DNA from: Mycolicibacterium smegmatis
GTDB taxonomy: Bacteria > Actinomycetota > Actinomycetes > Mycobacteriales > Mycobacteriaceae
Reading direction: 5' to 3'
Assembly (NCBI RefSeq): GCF_001457595.1
Contig: NZ_LN831039.1
Coordinates: forward strand, 5,250,001 to 5,282,000
DNA length: 32,000 nucleotides
In this document: in pieces, positions 1 through 10,217 of the stretch
How the letters are laid out: each line of letters begins with the position of its first letter
Numbering within the stretch: the first letter of the stretch is position 1
Translations under genes and position numbers: made by a program
The notes under the pieces: generated by a model
Told to the model about the DNA's origin: nothing
The model's database searches: none
What the model saw: only the letters and a program-made list of their open reading frames with translations

Positions 1-27
1 GAATTCGGCACACCTGGAGGTACCGTC

Positions 28-291
28 ATGTCGGTTTACGAAGCACTCACCCTCGCTTTGATCATGGTGCTGGCCACCGCCACCACGGTCGCCATCTATG
101 TCGGGTTGGCCAATTGGATCGGCGCCTGCTACATGGTCCGGTGCAGTGAATGCCATCACCTGACCTTCGCGTCGAAGAACGCGCCGCAGTCCTCCTGCGC
201 CCACTGCCGTCACCCGATGCTCATGCATCCGATGTACGCGATCCAGCACCCGGGTTCTGTGCGGGTGGTCAACGACCGCCTGCGTTACTGA
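28..291 (+). CDS. Small membrane protein with C-terminal CxxC...CxxC zinc-ribbon-like motif, function unknown
   Basis: 87-aa ORF; GGAGG at 16-20 upstream of ATG 28; one hydrophobic N-terminal segment then CSECHH...CAHC. Confidence 0.75.
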   Translation: MSVYEALTLALIMVLATATTVAIYVGLANWIGACYMVRCSECHHLTFASKNAPQSSCAHCRHPMLMHPMYAIQHPGSVRVVNDRLRY

Positions 292-296
292 CTGCT

Positions 297-749
297 TCAG
301 GGCGTCGAGGTCTGCGCCTCTGCGCCCTGGTAGTGCGGCACACCCCGCTCACGGATCTGACGGCCGGTGATCCGCTCGGTGCGGATCCGCACGAAATGGT
401 CACGCTTGCCGTCGACCCACGGCTGCACGAAGGTGCCGGCCACCTCGACCAGCTGGTCGATGTCGGTGATGGGCTCGGCATGGCCGACGACCGTCACGCT
501 CCAACCGGTGCGCAGGTCCGGGTCCAGCTCGTCGGCCTCGAACGCGACCACCTGGTTCTTGGCCGCCGCCGATAGCTTGCCGCCACCCGCGACGCGGATG
601 ATCACATCGTCGTGTGACAGGCGGAAGTTGACCGGCTGCACCGCAGGAAGCGCGTCTTCGGTGAACACGAGGCGGCCCACCCGCACCCGCTGGAGCAGAT
701 CCAGGCACTGCCTACGGCTGAGCACGTCCAGCTCCTGACCTTTCGGCAT
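297..749 (-). CDS. Pyridoxamine 5'-phosphate oxidase-fold (FMN-binding) family protein
   Basis: 150-aa ORF with LSRRQCLDLLQRVRVGRLVFTEDALPAVQPVNF...FEADELD pattern typical of PNPOx-like proteins; AGGAGGT upstream of ATG. Confidence 0.85.
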   Translation of the reverse strand: MPKGQELDVLSRRQCLDLLQRVRVGRLVFTEDALPAVQPVNFRLSHDDVIIRVAGGGKLSAAAKNQVVAFEADELDPDLRTGWSVTVVGHAEPITDIDQLVEVAGTFVQPWVDGKRDHFVRIRTERITGRQIRERGVPHYQGAEAQTSTP

Positions 750-830
750 GACCGACCTCCTGTGAGTGTTCTGTGTCTTTCACTCTCGCGCACAGCACGG
801 CCGGGCGGCAGTGCCAAAAGTCCCTTCTTG

Positions 831-1565
831 TCACCAGCCGCGGCGGTGCGGTTGCGAGCCAACCAACTCGCCGCGCCCGGCGACGTCGCGGCTCCGGTAG
901 ACGATGTAGGGCCGGAACAGGTAGCCGATGGGTGCGCTGAATACATGCACCAGTCGGGTGAACGGCCACAGGCAGAACAGGACCAGCGCGATCATCACGT
1001 GGATGTGGAAGTACAGCGGCGCCTGCACCATGAGATCGCCGCGTGGCTGCAGGATCCAGATCGACCGGAACCACGGCGACACCGTGTGCCGGTAGTCGTG
1101 CTCGTCGCCCAGCGGGGTGGCGCCCAGCAGGGTGCAGGACAGCCCGGCCAGGATCGCCAGCACCAGCACCAGATACATGACCTTGTCGTTGACGGTCGTG
1201 GCGAGGAACACCGGGCCGGTGGTGCGCCTGCGGTAGATCAGCAGCGCGATGCCGCTGAGCGTGGCGATGCCGGCGATCGCCCCGAGGATGACGGCCTGCA
1301 CGTGGTAGGCGTGCTCGCTGAGCCCGATGGCGTCGGTCCAGGATTCCGGGATCACCAGACCGATGACGTGCCCGACGACGACGACGAGGATGCCGAAGTG
1401 GAACATCGGGCTGCCGATGCGCAGCAGCCGGGATTCGTAGAGCTGTGAGGAGCGCGTGGTCCAGCCGAACTTGTCGTAGCGGTAGCGCCACCACAACCCG
1501 ACGACCACCACGGCCAGCGTCACGTACGGCACCACGTCCCAGAAGATCACCCAGCCCGACATCAC
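831..1565 (-). CDS. narI: Respiratory nitrate reductase gamma subunit (cytochrome b)
   Basis: 244-aa multi-span protein; FHFGILVVVVGHVIGL and FHIHVMIALVLFCLWPFTRLVHVFSAP motifs; directly follows narJ with 4-nt overlap. Confidence 0.95.
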   Translation of the reverse strand: MMSGWVIFWDVVPYVTLAVVVVGLWWRYRYDKFGWTTRSSQLYESRLLRIGSPMFHFGILVVVVGHVIGLVIPESWTDAIGLSEHAYHVQAVILGAIAGIATLSGIALLIYRRRTTGPVFLATTVNDKVMYLVLVLAILAGLSCTLLGATPLGDEHDYRHTVSPWFRSIWILQPRGDLMVQAPLYFHIHVMIALVLFCLWPFTRLVHVFSAPIGYLFRPYIVYRSRDVAGRGELVGSQPHRRGW

Positions 1566-2200
1566 ACACCTCCCTGTGCCCGGCGCGGCGGCACGGTCAG
1601 TTGGAACGGCTCCAGCCCCACCGATTCCCGGGGCGGGCCGGTTCCGAGCAGAGTGCGTGACTGTGTTTCGGCGACGCCGGGCAAGGTTGCGCAGACGGCC
1701 GCGATCGCCGGGGCGTACGGCGAGCAGGCATCGACCAACGCCCGGCGCAGCACGTCGATCGGCACACGGTGGTCGGCGAGCAACCGGCGGCCCGCGACCG
1801 GGTCGACAGTCGCGGCGAACTCCAGGACCACCGGAAGATGATCGGGTGCTTCATGTTTCGGCGGTGCGACGCCCGCGGCCCGGTACGCCTGGGTGAAGGC
1901 CACCATCTGCACACCCCGGTTGCGGGTGTCACCACCGGTCCAGTACGTCAGCAGCATGGTGGTCTGCTTGCGCAGATCGAACGTGTCGACGTACTGCGTG
2001 GCCAACGCCATCGGACCGGCACCGCGCAGCGCCGCTAGGGTTTCACCGAGGAGTGCCGCGGGCGCACCGGTGATCTGCCCGATCAGGTCGGCGGCCGTGC
2101 GCAGCCGTGCCGCGTGGCCATCGTCGGGGTAGGCCAGCAGCAGTGACGCCGACTGCCAGACCACGCGGTCGTGCAGCGACCGGTCCCTGCGCGGCCTCAC
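1562..2200 (-). CDS. narJ: Nitrate reductase molybdenum cofactor assembly chaperone
   Basis: 212-aa ORF between narH and narI; DRVVWQSASLLLAYPDD, DLRKQTTMLLTYWTGGDTRNRG, EFAATVDP motifs of the NarJ family. Confidence 0.92.
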   Translation of the reverse strand: MRPRRDRSLHDRVVWQSASLLLAYPDDGHAARLRTAADLIGQITGAPAALLGETLAALRGAGPMALATQYVDTFDLRKQTTMLLTYWTGGDTRNRGVQMVAFTQAYRAAGVAPPKHEAPDHLPVVLEFAATVDPVAGRRLLADHRVPIDVLRRALVDACSPYAPAIAAVCATLPGVAETQSRTLLGTGPPRESVGLEPFQLTVPPRRAQGGV

Positions 2201-3843
2201 TGCGAGTCCTCGGGGAACATCCCGGCGGGCACTCCTCTGCCGTCCCAGTTCAGCAGGTTCACCCGTGACGGGTGCTCGGCGTTGGCGGCCATGCCGTCGG
2301 AGGTCTGCCGGTGCTGCAGTGCGTGGAACGTCTCGACCGCGACGGGTACGGGACCACCGCTGGCCTCACCGAACGGACCCGACTCGTACATGCCCGGGCC
2401 ACCGTCGAACGACAACGCACACGTGGGCTCCTCGACATCGTGCCCGTCGGTGCCGTATGCCGTCGGGATCACGTACCGCTCTTCGTATTTCGCGAGCGCC
2501 AGCAGTCGGTACATGTCGTAGATCTGCTGTTCGGTCATGCCGACGGACGCGGGGATGTGCGGTTGGGTCTCGCGGCCGAGGTTGATGTCGCGCATGTACG
2601 ACCGCATCGCCGCGAGACGCTGCAACACCCCTTCGACCACACGCGTGTCACCCGCGGTGAACAACCCGGCCAGGTACTCCAGCGGGATCCGCAGGGCGTG
2701 CAACGCGCCGAACAGGTTGCCGAGGTCCTCCCCGTCGTGCCCGTCGCGGCTGACCGCGTCGACGACCGGGGACAGCGGCGGGATGTACCACACCATCGGG
2801 ACGGTCCGGAACTCCGGATGCAGCGGCAGCGCAACACCGTACGTGTGGATCAGCTTGTACACCGGCGAGTGTTGGGCGGCCTCGATCCACTCGTCGGAGA
2901 TGCCTTCGGCCCGTGCGCCCGCGATGACCGCCGGATCGGTGGGGTCGAGCAGGATCTGCCGGTGCGCCTCGTACAGGTCGGTCTCGTCGGGCACCGACGC
3001 CGCCTCCAGCACGCGGTCGACGTCGTAGAGCACCAGCCCCAGATAGCGCAACCGGCCCACGCAGGTCTCCGAGCACACCGTCGGCATCCCCACCTCGATG
3101 CGCGGATAGCACAGCGTGCACTTCTCGGCCTTGCCGGTCTTGTGGTTGAAATAGACCTTCTTGTAGGGACATCCGGAGACGCACATGCGCCAGCCGCGGC
3201 AGCGGTCCTGATCGACCAGGACGATGCCGTCCTCGGAACGCTTGTACATCGCGCCCGACGGACACGACGCCACACACGACGGGTTGAGGCAGTGCTCGCA
3301 TATGCGCGGCAGGTAGAACATGAACGTCTGCTCGAACTCGAGCTTGATGTGTTCGCTGACCTTCTGCAGCACCGGATCTCCCGGCGCGATCTCCTGGGAG
3401 CCGCCGAGGTCGTCGTCCCACGCCGCCGACCATGAGACCTTCATGGGCTTGCCGTCGATGAGGCTGCGCGGCGGGGCCACGGGCATGTGCTCACCCAGCG
3501 GGGCCGACGTGAGGTTCTCGTAGTCGTAGGTCCACGGCTCGTAGTAGTCGTCGATCGAGGGCAGTTTGGGGTTGGCGAAAATCCGCGCCAGCTTCGCCAG
3601 CCGGCCGCCGTCGCGCAGCCGCAGCCGGCCGCGCGCGTCCAACCGCCAGCCCCCGCGCCACTTCTCCTGATCCTCGTAGGTGCGCGGATAGCCCTGGCCC
3701 GGGCGGGTTTCGACGTTGTTGAACCACACGTACTCGGTGCCCGCGCGGTTGGTCCAGGCCTGCTTGCACGTCACCGAGCACGTGTGGCAGCCGATGCATT
3801 TGTCGAGGTTCATCACCATCGCCATCTGCGCCATGACCTTCAT
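2197..3843 (-). CDS. narH: Respiratory nitrate reductase beta subunit (Fe-S)
   Basis: Start refined from listed ORF 2197..4110 to MKVMAQMAMVMNLDKCIGCHTCSVTCKQAW; four Cys clusters incl. CEHCLNPSCVASCPSG and CRGWRMCVSGCPYKK; ATGA overlap with narG stop. Confidence 0.95.
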   Translation of the reverse strand: MKVMAQMAMVMNLDKCIGCHTCSVTCKQAWTNRAGTEYVWFNNVETRPGQGYPRTYEDQEKWRGGWRLDARGRLRLRDGGRLAKLARIFANPKLPSIDDYYEPWTYDYENLTSAPLGEHMPVAPPRSLIDGKPMKVSWSAAWDDDLGGSQEIAPGDPVLQKVSEHIKLEFEQTFMFYLPRICEHCLNPSCVASCPSGAMYKRSEDGIVLVDQDRCRGWRMCVSGCPYKKVYFNHKTGKAEKCTLCYPRIEVGMPTVCSETCVGRLRYLGLVLYDVDRVLEAASVPDETDLYEAHRQILLDPTDPAVIAGARAEGISDEWIEAAQHSPVYKLIHTYGVALPLHPEFRTVPMVWYIPPLSPVVDAVSRDGHDGEDLGNLFGALHALRIPLEYLAGLFTAGDTRVVEGVLQRLAAMRSYMRDINLGRETQPHIPASVGMTEQQIYDMYRLLALAKYEERYVIPTAYGTDGHDVEEPTCALSFDGGPGMYESGPFGEASGGPVPVAVETFHALQHRQTSDGMAANAEHPSRVNLLNWDGRGVPAGMFPEDSQ

Positions 3844-6800
3844 CGGTACGTCACCTCCTGGCTGCGGCGGCGCACCACCGTCACCTCGTCGCGCTGATTG
3901 CCCGTGGGCCCGAGATAGTTGAACGCGTACGCGTGCTGGGCGTACCCGCCTGCGAGATGGCTGGGTTTGATCAACAGCCGGGTCAACGAGTTGTGGATCC
4001 CGCCGCGGGTGCCGGTGGTCTCGGTCAGCGGCACGTCGATGGTGCGTTCCTGCGCGTGGTAGACGTAGACGACGCCGTCGGGCATCCGGTGGCTGACGAT
4101 GGCGCGACATACCAGGACCCCGTTGCGGTTGACGGCCTCGACCCAGTCGTTGTCGCGCACCGCGATCTTGTCGGCGTCACCCGGGCTCATCCACATCGTG
4201 GGCCCGCCCCGTGACAGGCTCAGCATGAACAGGTTGTCCTGGTACTCCGAGTGGATCGACCACTTCGAGTGCGGCGTCAGATAGCGGACCGTGAGCCCCA
4301 CCCCGCCCGCGCCGTCGGCACCGAGACGCGACTCCCCGAACAGCCGGGCCATGTCCAGCGGGGGCCGGTACACGGGCAGTTGCTCGCCGAGTTCCTCGAG
4401 CCAGTCGTGGTCGACGTAGAAGTGCATCCGACCGGTCAGCGTGTGAAAAGGCTTGAGCTCCTCGATGTTCACGGTGAACGGTGCGTAACGGCGGCCGCCG
4501 GTCTCGCTACCCGACCACTCGGGGCTGGTGATCACCGGGACGGGCCTGGCCTGGGCGTCGGCGTAGGTGATGCGGCGCTCCTCACTGCCCAGCGCGAGGT
4601 GCACCAGCTTGCGGCCGGTACGCCGTTCGAGTTCGGCGAAGCCCTCGACGGCCAGGCGGCCGTTGGAGGTGCCCGACAACGCGAGGATCACGTCGGCCAT
4701 GCGTTCGCCGGTGGTGACGGCCGGGCGGCCCTGCGCGGCACCGGAATCCATCACCCCGCACTTGGCGCCGAGTTCTGCGACCTCGCGCGTCGGATGGGTC
4801 GTGACACCCTTCGTGGTCACCCCGAGGCCCTCGACCAGGGGTCCCAGCGCGGCCCACTTCTGCGCGATCGCACCGTAGTCACGCTCGACGACCGCGAGCG
4901 GGCCCATGGTCCTGCCCGGTACGGGTGTCTCACCGGCGGCCCGCCAATCATGTTCGGTGCCCGAGGGATACGCCATCGCACCGGGTGTGTCGTGCTGCAG
5001 GGTGCCGAGCACGACGTCGGTGCGCACCCCCAGGTGCCTGGCCGCCAGCGTGCTGAAGGCGCGTGCGATGGCGCCGAACGCCTCGAAGTCCGAACGGGTC
5101 TCCCACGGCGGGTCCACCGCGGGACTGAACGCGTGGACGTAGGGGTGCATGTCGGTGCTCGACAGGTCGGCCTTCTCGTACCAGGTCGCCGCGGGCAGCA
5201 CGACATCGGAGAGCAGTGTCGTCGAGGTCATCCGGAAATCGATCGACATCAGCAGATCCAGCTTGCCCTCAGGGATGTCGTCTGTGCAGGTCACCGACGA
5301 CGGCCGCACGCCGTTGGGCGCGGCCTGCAGGTTCGAGGTCGTGCCGAGCAGGTGACGCAGGAAGTACTCGTTTCCCTTGCTCGACGAGCCCAGCAGGTTG
5401 GCGCGCCACACGTCGAGCACGCGCGGCCAGTTGGCCGGATTGTCCGGGTCGGTCACCGCGAGCGTGAGGGAACCGTCGGCCAGTTTCGCCGCGACGTAGG
5501 CGGGGATCTCCTGGCCGGCCGCGCGGGCCTCGTCGGCCACGTCGAGGCTGGAACGGTCGAACTGCGGGAAGAACGGACTCCATCCCATGGCCGCCGCCGA
5601 CGCCAGCACGTCCATGGTGTGCCTGCCGCGGAACCGGCCGCGCCCCACCGGACTCGACAGCGCGTCCGCCTGGTAGCCGTCGTAGCGCCACTGGTCGGTG
5701 TGGGCGTACCAGTAGGAGGTTCCGGCCATCTGGCGCGGCGGCCGTGACCAGTCGGTGGCCATCGCCATGGTCGCCCACCCGGTGACCGGCCGGCATTTCT
5801 CCTGGCCGACGTAGTGCGCCCAGCCTCCGCCGTTACGGCCCATCGACCCGGTGAGCAGCAACAGCGTCAGCACCGCGCGGTAGGTGGCGTCGCCGTGGAA
5901 CCACTGGCAGATGCCCGCGCCCATGATGATCATCGAGCGTCCGCGGGTTTCCTCGGCGTTGCGGGCGAACTCGCGTGCCACCCGGATCGCCTGGGCGGCA
6001 GCCACTCCGGTGATCGGTTCCTGCCACGCCGGGGTGTAGGGGCGCGTCGCGTCGTCGAAACCGGTCGGCCAGTCCCCTGGCAGACCCGGCCGTGCCACGC
6101 CGTACTGGGCAAGCATCAGATCGAAGACCGTGCACACGCGGTGCTCACCGACGCGCCGGACCGGGACGCCGCGCACCATGGTCTCGCCGTGCCCGTCGAG
6201 CGTGTCGAACCGCGGCAGCGTCACCTCGGCGGTCTCACAGGTGTCTGCCGCCACCGTGAGAGCGGGTACCAGGTTCTCCAGGTCCAGATTCCAGTTGCCC
6301 AGGCCGCTCTCGCCGAACCGGAATCCCAGGGAGCCCTGCGGGATCGCGATGCTGTCGCTCGCGCTGTCGAGCAGGGCCGGCTTGAAGGCTGCGTTCTCCT
6401 GCGCCGCCACATCCGGGGTCAGATCCGCCGCGGTGAGGTTCTTGCCGGGCACCAGCGCACCGTCGCGTTCCTCGAGTTTGACCAGGAACGGCAGGTCGGT
6501 GAAACGGCGCGCAAAATCGGTGAAGTACGGAACCTCGTTCTGCACAAAGCACTCCGAGAGGATCACGTGCCCCATCGCCATGGCCAGCGCACCGTCGGTG
6601 CCCGCGGCGCACGGCATCCACTCGTCGGCGAACTTGGTGTTGTCGGCGTAATCCGGGCTCACCGAAACGACTTTCGTGCCGCGGTAGCGCACCTCGGCCA
6701 TCCAGTGCGCATCCGGGGTGCGGGTGACCGGAACGTTGGAGCCCCACATCATCAGGTACGCCGCGTCCCACCAGTCGCCCGACTCCGGGACATCGGTCTG

Positions 6801-7547
6801 ATCGCCGAAGACCTGCGGCGAGGCCACCGGCAGATCGGCGTACCAGTCGTAGAACGAGGCCATCACGCCGCCGATCAACTCGACGAACCGCGAGCCCGCG
6901 GCGTGGCTGACCATCGACATGGCCGGGATCGGCGAGAACCCGGCGATCCGGTCGGGTCCATAGGTCTTGATGGTGTGCACGTGCGCAGCCGCGATCATCT
7001 CGGTGGCTTCTGCCCAGCTCACCCGCACCAGACCGCCCTTGCCGCGGGCACTTTGGTACCGGCGTCTGCGTTCCGGGTCGGCCTGGATGTCGGCCCATGC
7101 CAGCACGGGGTCACCGAGCCTGGCGCGTGCCTCGCGGTACATCTCGACGAGCACGCCGCGCGCGTACGGATAGCGCACGCGCGTCGGCGAGTACGTGTAC
7201 CAGGAGAACGCGGCGCCGCGCGGGCAGCCCCGCGGTTCGTACTCCGGACGGTCGGGACCCACGGACGGGTAGTCGGTCTCCTGGGTCTCCCACGTGATGA
7301 TCCCGTCCTTGACGTAGATCTTCCACGAGCACGACCCGGTGCAGTTGACGCCGTGCGTCGAGCGCACCACCTTGTCGTGGCTCCACCGGTCGCGGTAGAA
7401 CACGTCTCCCTCACGCCCACCTTGGCGAGAGACGGTGCGGAGGTCGGGCGAGAACGTGCCAGGCGTGAAGAATCTCCCGCTACGTTGCAGCAGTTCTTCC
7501 ACACGTCCGCCGACACGTGGTTGGCGGTCAGCGGTCGATCTGGTCAC
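3840..7547 (-). CDS. narG: Respiratory nitrate reductase alpha subunit (molybdopterin)
   Basis: 1235-aa ORF; VNCTGSCSWKIYVKDGIITWETQ...YPRG and long Mo-bis-MGD oxidoreductase similarity; order GHJI. Confidence 0.96.
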   Translation of the reverse strand: MTRSTADRQPRVGGRVEELLQRSGRFFTPGTFSPDLRTVSRQGGREGDVFYRDRWSHDKVVRSTHGVNCTGSCSWKIYVKDGIITWETQETDYPSVGPDRPEYEPRGCPRGAAFSWYTYSPTRVRYPYARGVLVEMYREARARLGDPVLAWADIQADPERRRRYQSARGKGGLVRVSWAEATEMIAAAHVHTIKTYGPDRIAGFSPIPAMSMVSHAAGSRFVELIGGVMASFYDWYADLPVASPQVFGDQTDVPESGDWWDAAYLMMWGSNVPVTRTPDAHWMAEVRYRGTKVVSVSPDYADNTKFADEWMPCAAGTDGALAMAMGHVILSECFVQNEVPYFTDFARRFTDLPFLVKLEERDGALVPGKNLTAADLTPDVAAQENAAFKPALLDSASDSIAIPQGSLGFRFGESGLGNWNLDLENLVPALTVAADTCETAEVTLPRFDTLDGHGETMVRGVPVRRVGEHRVCTVFDLMLAQYGVARPGLPGDWPTGFDDATRPYTPAWQEPITGVAAAQAIRVAREFARNAEETRGRSMIIMGAGICQWFHGDATYRAVLTLLLLTGSMGRNGGGWAHYVGQEKCRPVTGWATMAMATDWSRPPRQMAGTSYWYAHTDQWRYDGYQADALSSPVGRGRFRGRHTMDVLASAAAMGWSPFFPQFDRSSLDVADEARAAGQEIPAYVAAKLADGSLTLAVTDPDNPANWPRVLDVWRANLLGSSSKGNEYFLRHLLGTTSNLQAAPNGVRPSSVTCTDDIPEGKLDLLMSIDFRMTSTTLLSDVVLPAATWYEKADLSSTDMHPYVHAFSPAVDPPWETRSDFEAFGAIARAFSTLAARHLGVRTDVVLGTLQHDTPGAMAYPSGTEHDWRAAGETPVPGRTMGPLAVVERDYGAIAQKWAALGPLVEGLGVTTKGVTTHPTREVAELGAKCGVMDSGAAQGRPAVTTGERMADVILALSGTSNGRLAVEGFAELERRTGRKLVHLALGSEERRITYADAQARPVPVITSPEWSGSETGGRRYAPFTVNIEELKPFHTLTGRMHFYVDHDWLEELGEQLPVYRPPLDMARLFGESRLGADGAGGVGLTVRYLTPHSKWSIHSEYQDNLFMLSLSRGGPTMWMSPGDADKIAVRDNDWVEAVNRNGVLVCRAIVSHRMPDGVVYVYHAQERTIDVPLTETTGTRGGIHNSLTRLLIKPSHLAGGYAQHAYAFNYLGPTGNQRDEVTVVRRRSQEVTYR

Positions 7548-8757
7548 TTCGGACTCCCCCTCTGCCCGGTTCGTGCGCGTGCAGCCGCAGCGCGGTGTAG
7601 GCGAACGCGACCAGCGCGGTCGCCACCAACAGCAGCAGGCCCACGGTGTAATCGTTGTCGGCGGCGTCGTAGGTCGCGCCCATCACCAGCGGCGGGAAGT
7701 AGCCGCCCAAACCTCCTGCGGCCGCGACGATCCCGGTGACCGATCCGACCGACTGAGCCGGCGCACGGCGCGCGACCCACGCGAACACGCCGCCGGTGCC
7801 GACGCCGAGGAAGATCGCCAGCGTGATGAACGTGGTGGCCGACCACACATCCGGCGGCGGCTGGAACACCGCGACGAAAGCCAGCAGCGCGGTTCCCGCG
7901 AACGACGCGAGTACGACGTACTTGGGCGGGATTCGGTCCGACAGCGCGCCGCCGACCGGCCGGGCCAGCACCGCGGCCACCGCGAAACCCGCTGTGCGTG
8001 AACCGGCCTCGACGGCCGAGAAGTCGTAGATGGTCTTGATGTAGGTGGGCAGGTAGTTGCTGAACGCCACGAAGCCACCGAAGACCACGGCGTAGAGGAA
8101 CGACATCTCCCAGGTCACCGGGAGTTTCGCGGCAGCCTTGAGCTTCGGCACGACCGGATCGGTGTTGGGCCGGAAGGACGGGGCGTCCCGCATCATCACC
8201 ACGCACAGCACAGCGGTCAGGGCGAGCGCGATCGCGACGATGAGATGAGTGGTGAACAGTCCGAACCAGTTCACGAACCGGGGTGTGAAGAACGCCGACA
8301 GCGCGGTGCCCACCATGCCCATGCCGAACACGCCCGTGGCGAACCCGCGCCGCGAGGCGTCATACCAATTGTTGGAGAACGGGATGCCGACGGCGAAGAT
8401 GGTGCCCGCCACCCCAAGGAAGAACCCGCACACCAACAGCAGCGGATAGGACCCCGCGCTGCCCGCGGCACCCACGGCCAGCACCGGAAGGATCGACGCG
8501 ACCGTCACGGCGATGAACATGGTGCGTCCGCCGAACCGGTCGGTGAGCGAGCCGATCACGATGCGTCCCAACGATCCGACCAAGATCGGGGTGGCCACCA
8601 GCATCGACGCTTCGGTGCTGCTCAGGCGCATGTCGCCAGCGTAGGTCGTGGACAGTGGGCCGATCATGTTCCACGCCCAGAAGTTGATGGCCGACACCCA
8701 CGTCGCCAGCGCCAGGTTCACCCCCTGGCGCGTGTACGGCGTGGTTGCCGTGCTCAC
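7528..8757 (-). CDS. narK: Nitrate/nitrite transporter, MFS NarK family
   Basis: 409-aa 12-TM ORF (GTG start); NNWYDASRRGFATGVFGMGMVGTALSAFFTPRF typical of NarK/NasA; overlaps narG start by 20 nt. Confidence 0.9.
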   Translation of the reverse strand: MSTATTPYTRQGVNLALATWVSAINFWAWNMIGPLSTTYAGDMRLSSTEASMLVATPILVGSLGRIVIGSLTDRFGGRTMFIAVTVASILPVLAVGAAGSAGSYPLLLVCGFFLGVAGTIFAVGIPFSNNWYDASRRGFATGVFGMGMVGTALSAFFTPRFVNWFGLFTTHLIVAIALALTAVLCVVMMRDAPSFRPNTDPVVPKLKAAAKLPVTWEMSFLYAVVFGGFVAFSNYLPTYIKTIYDFSAVEAGSRTAGFAVAAVLARPVGGALSDRIPPKYVVLASFAGTALLAFVAVFQPPPDVWSATTFITLAIFLGVGTGGVFAWVARRAPAQSVGSVTGIVAAAGGLGGYFPPLVMGATYDAADNDYTVGLLLLVATALVAFAYTALRLHAHEPGRGGVRSDQIDR

Positions 8758-8769
8758 CAGTCCAGGAAA

Positions 8770-10197
8770 TCACCGGATATCGGCTGGCGCGTCATTTTGA
8801 CGGAAAACGTGGGGTACGCCGTTTCGCCGGGTCACCTCGGCGAACCACCGTGCGCTGGCCTTGGGCGTGCGGACCTGCGTGGCGTAATCGACGTGGATCA
8901 GGCCGAACCGCTTGGCGTAGCCGTACGCCCACTCGAAGTTGTCCAGCAGGCTCCACACGAAATAACCGCGGATGTCGGCACCATCGTCGATCGCCCGCAG
9001 TGTCGCCCGGAAGTGACTGTCCAGGAACGTTATTCGATCGTCATCGCGTATCGACCCGTCCGCTTCCGCGTCGTCGTCGAAGGCCGCCCCGTTCTCGGTC
9101 ACGTAGATCGGCACGGGTCCGTATTCGCGGTGTACCCAGCTGAGCACGTCGTAGAGTCCGGTCGGGTCGATCTCCCAGCCCATCGCCGTCGTCGGCAGGC
9201 CGGTGCGCACCGGTTCCACGTCGGTGCTGCCGACCCAGGCCCGCGCGTGCGGATTGTCCGACGGCGCTCCGGTGCCGGCCCGCACGGTTTCGCGGAAGTA
9301 GTAGTTGACACCGAGGAAGTCCAGCGGCGCGGCGATCACCGCCTCGTCCCCGGGCTGCACGAATCCGAAATCGCTGATCATCGCGACGTCGGCACTCAGG
9401 TCAGCGGGGTAGCGGCCCCGCAGCAGCGCATCGAGGAAGAGTCGATTGGAGACCGCGTCGACGCGGCGGGCGGCGTCGACGTCGGCAGGCTCTTCGGTGG
9501 CGGGAGAGACCGGGGTCAGGTTCACGGTGATGCCCAACTGCGAGTCGCCGTCTTGCGCGCGCATGGCCGCGACCGCGAGGCCGTGGCCGAACATCAGGTG
9601 GTGGGCGGCGACCAGCGCGGCTGCGGGCTCGGTGCGCCCCGGTGCGTGCGCGCCGGCCGCGTAACCCAGGAACGCCGAGCACCATGGCTCGTTGAGCGTG
9701 GTCCAGTGCCGGATCCTGTCGTGCAGTTTGCCGTGCGTCATGGCCGCGTAGTCGGCGAAGCGCTGCGCGGTGTCCCGCGCGGGCCACCCACCCGCGTCCT
9801 CGAGGGTCTGCGGCAGGTCCCAGTGGTACAGCGTCACCCATGGTTGGATGTCGTGCGCGAGCAACTCGTCTACCAGCCGCTGGTAGAAGTCCAGGCCTTC
9901 GGTGTTGATCGGTCCCTTTCCGTCGGGCTGCAGGCGCGGCCAGGCCAGCGAGAACCGGTAGTGCGTCACGCCGAGGTCGGCCAGCAGGCCGACGTCCTCG
10001 CGGTAGCGGTGGTAGTGGTCGTCCGCGACGTCGCCGTTGTCACCGTTGTGGACGGCTCCGGGCTTGTGCGAGAACGTATCCCAGATCGACGGAGCACGCC
10101 CACCCGCGGTGACCGCACCCTCGATCTGATAGCTGGCCGTCGCGGTTCCCCAGACAAATCCGTCAGGGAAGCCGAGCGTACGGTCGGGTTGGCTCAT
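8770..10197 (-). CDS. Glycoside hydrolase family 1 (beta-glucosidase-like)
   Basis: FPDGFVWGTATASYQIEGA, WTTLNEPWC acid/base motif, YVTENGAAF nucleophile motif. Confidence 0.95.
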   Translation of the reverse strand: MSQPDRTLGFPDGFVWGTATASYQIEGAVTAGGRAPSIWDTFSHKPGAVHNGDNGDVADDHYHRYREDVGLLADLGVTHYRFSLAWPRLQPDGKGPINTEGLDFYQRLVDELLAHDIQPWVTLYHWDLPQTLEDAGGWPARDTAQRFADYAAMTHGKLHDRIRHWTTLNEPWCSAFLGYAAGAHAPGRTEPAAALVAAHHLMFGHGLAVAAMRAQDGDSQLGITVNLTPVSPATEEPADVDAARRVDAVSNRLFLDALLRGRYPADLSADVAMISDFGFVQPGDEAVIAAPLDFLGVNYYFRETVRAGTGAPSDNPHARAWVGSTDVEPVRTGLPTTAMGWEIDPTGLYDVLSWVHREYGPVPIYVTENGAAFDDDAEADGSIRDDDRITFLDSHFRATLRAIDDGADIRGYFVWSLLDNFEWAYGYAKRFGLIHVDYATQVRTPKASARWFAEVTRRNGVPHVFRQNDAPADIR

Positions 10198-10217
10198 GAA
10201 CTGCTCCTGTCGGAGGG

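Noticed and set aside
1-10. GAATTCGGCAC resembling an EcoRI adaptor from a cloning artefact
   Set aside because: Reads directly into a normal RBS and gene; only partial adaptor match, so chance or window boundary is more likely.
4251-5747. 498-aa plus-strand ORF antisense to narG
   Set aside because: Shadow ORF opposite a well-supported catalytic subunit; composition-driven.
5814-7739. 641-aa plus-strand ORF antisense to narG/narK
   Set aside because: Arg/His/Pro-rich shadow ORF expected from high GC3 codons of narG on the opposite strand; no family motifs.
8758-8769. Search for a narK promoter or DosR-type box in the GH1-narK gap
   Set aside because: Only 12 nt (cagtccaggaaa); nothing resembling a promoter or DosR palindrome fits.
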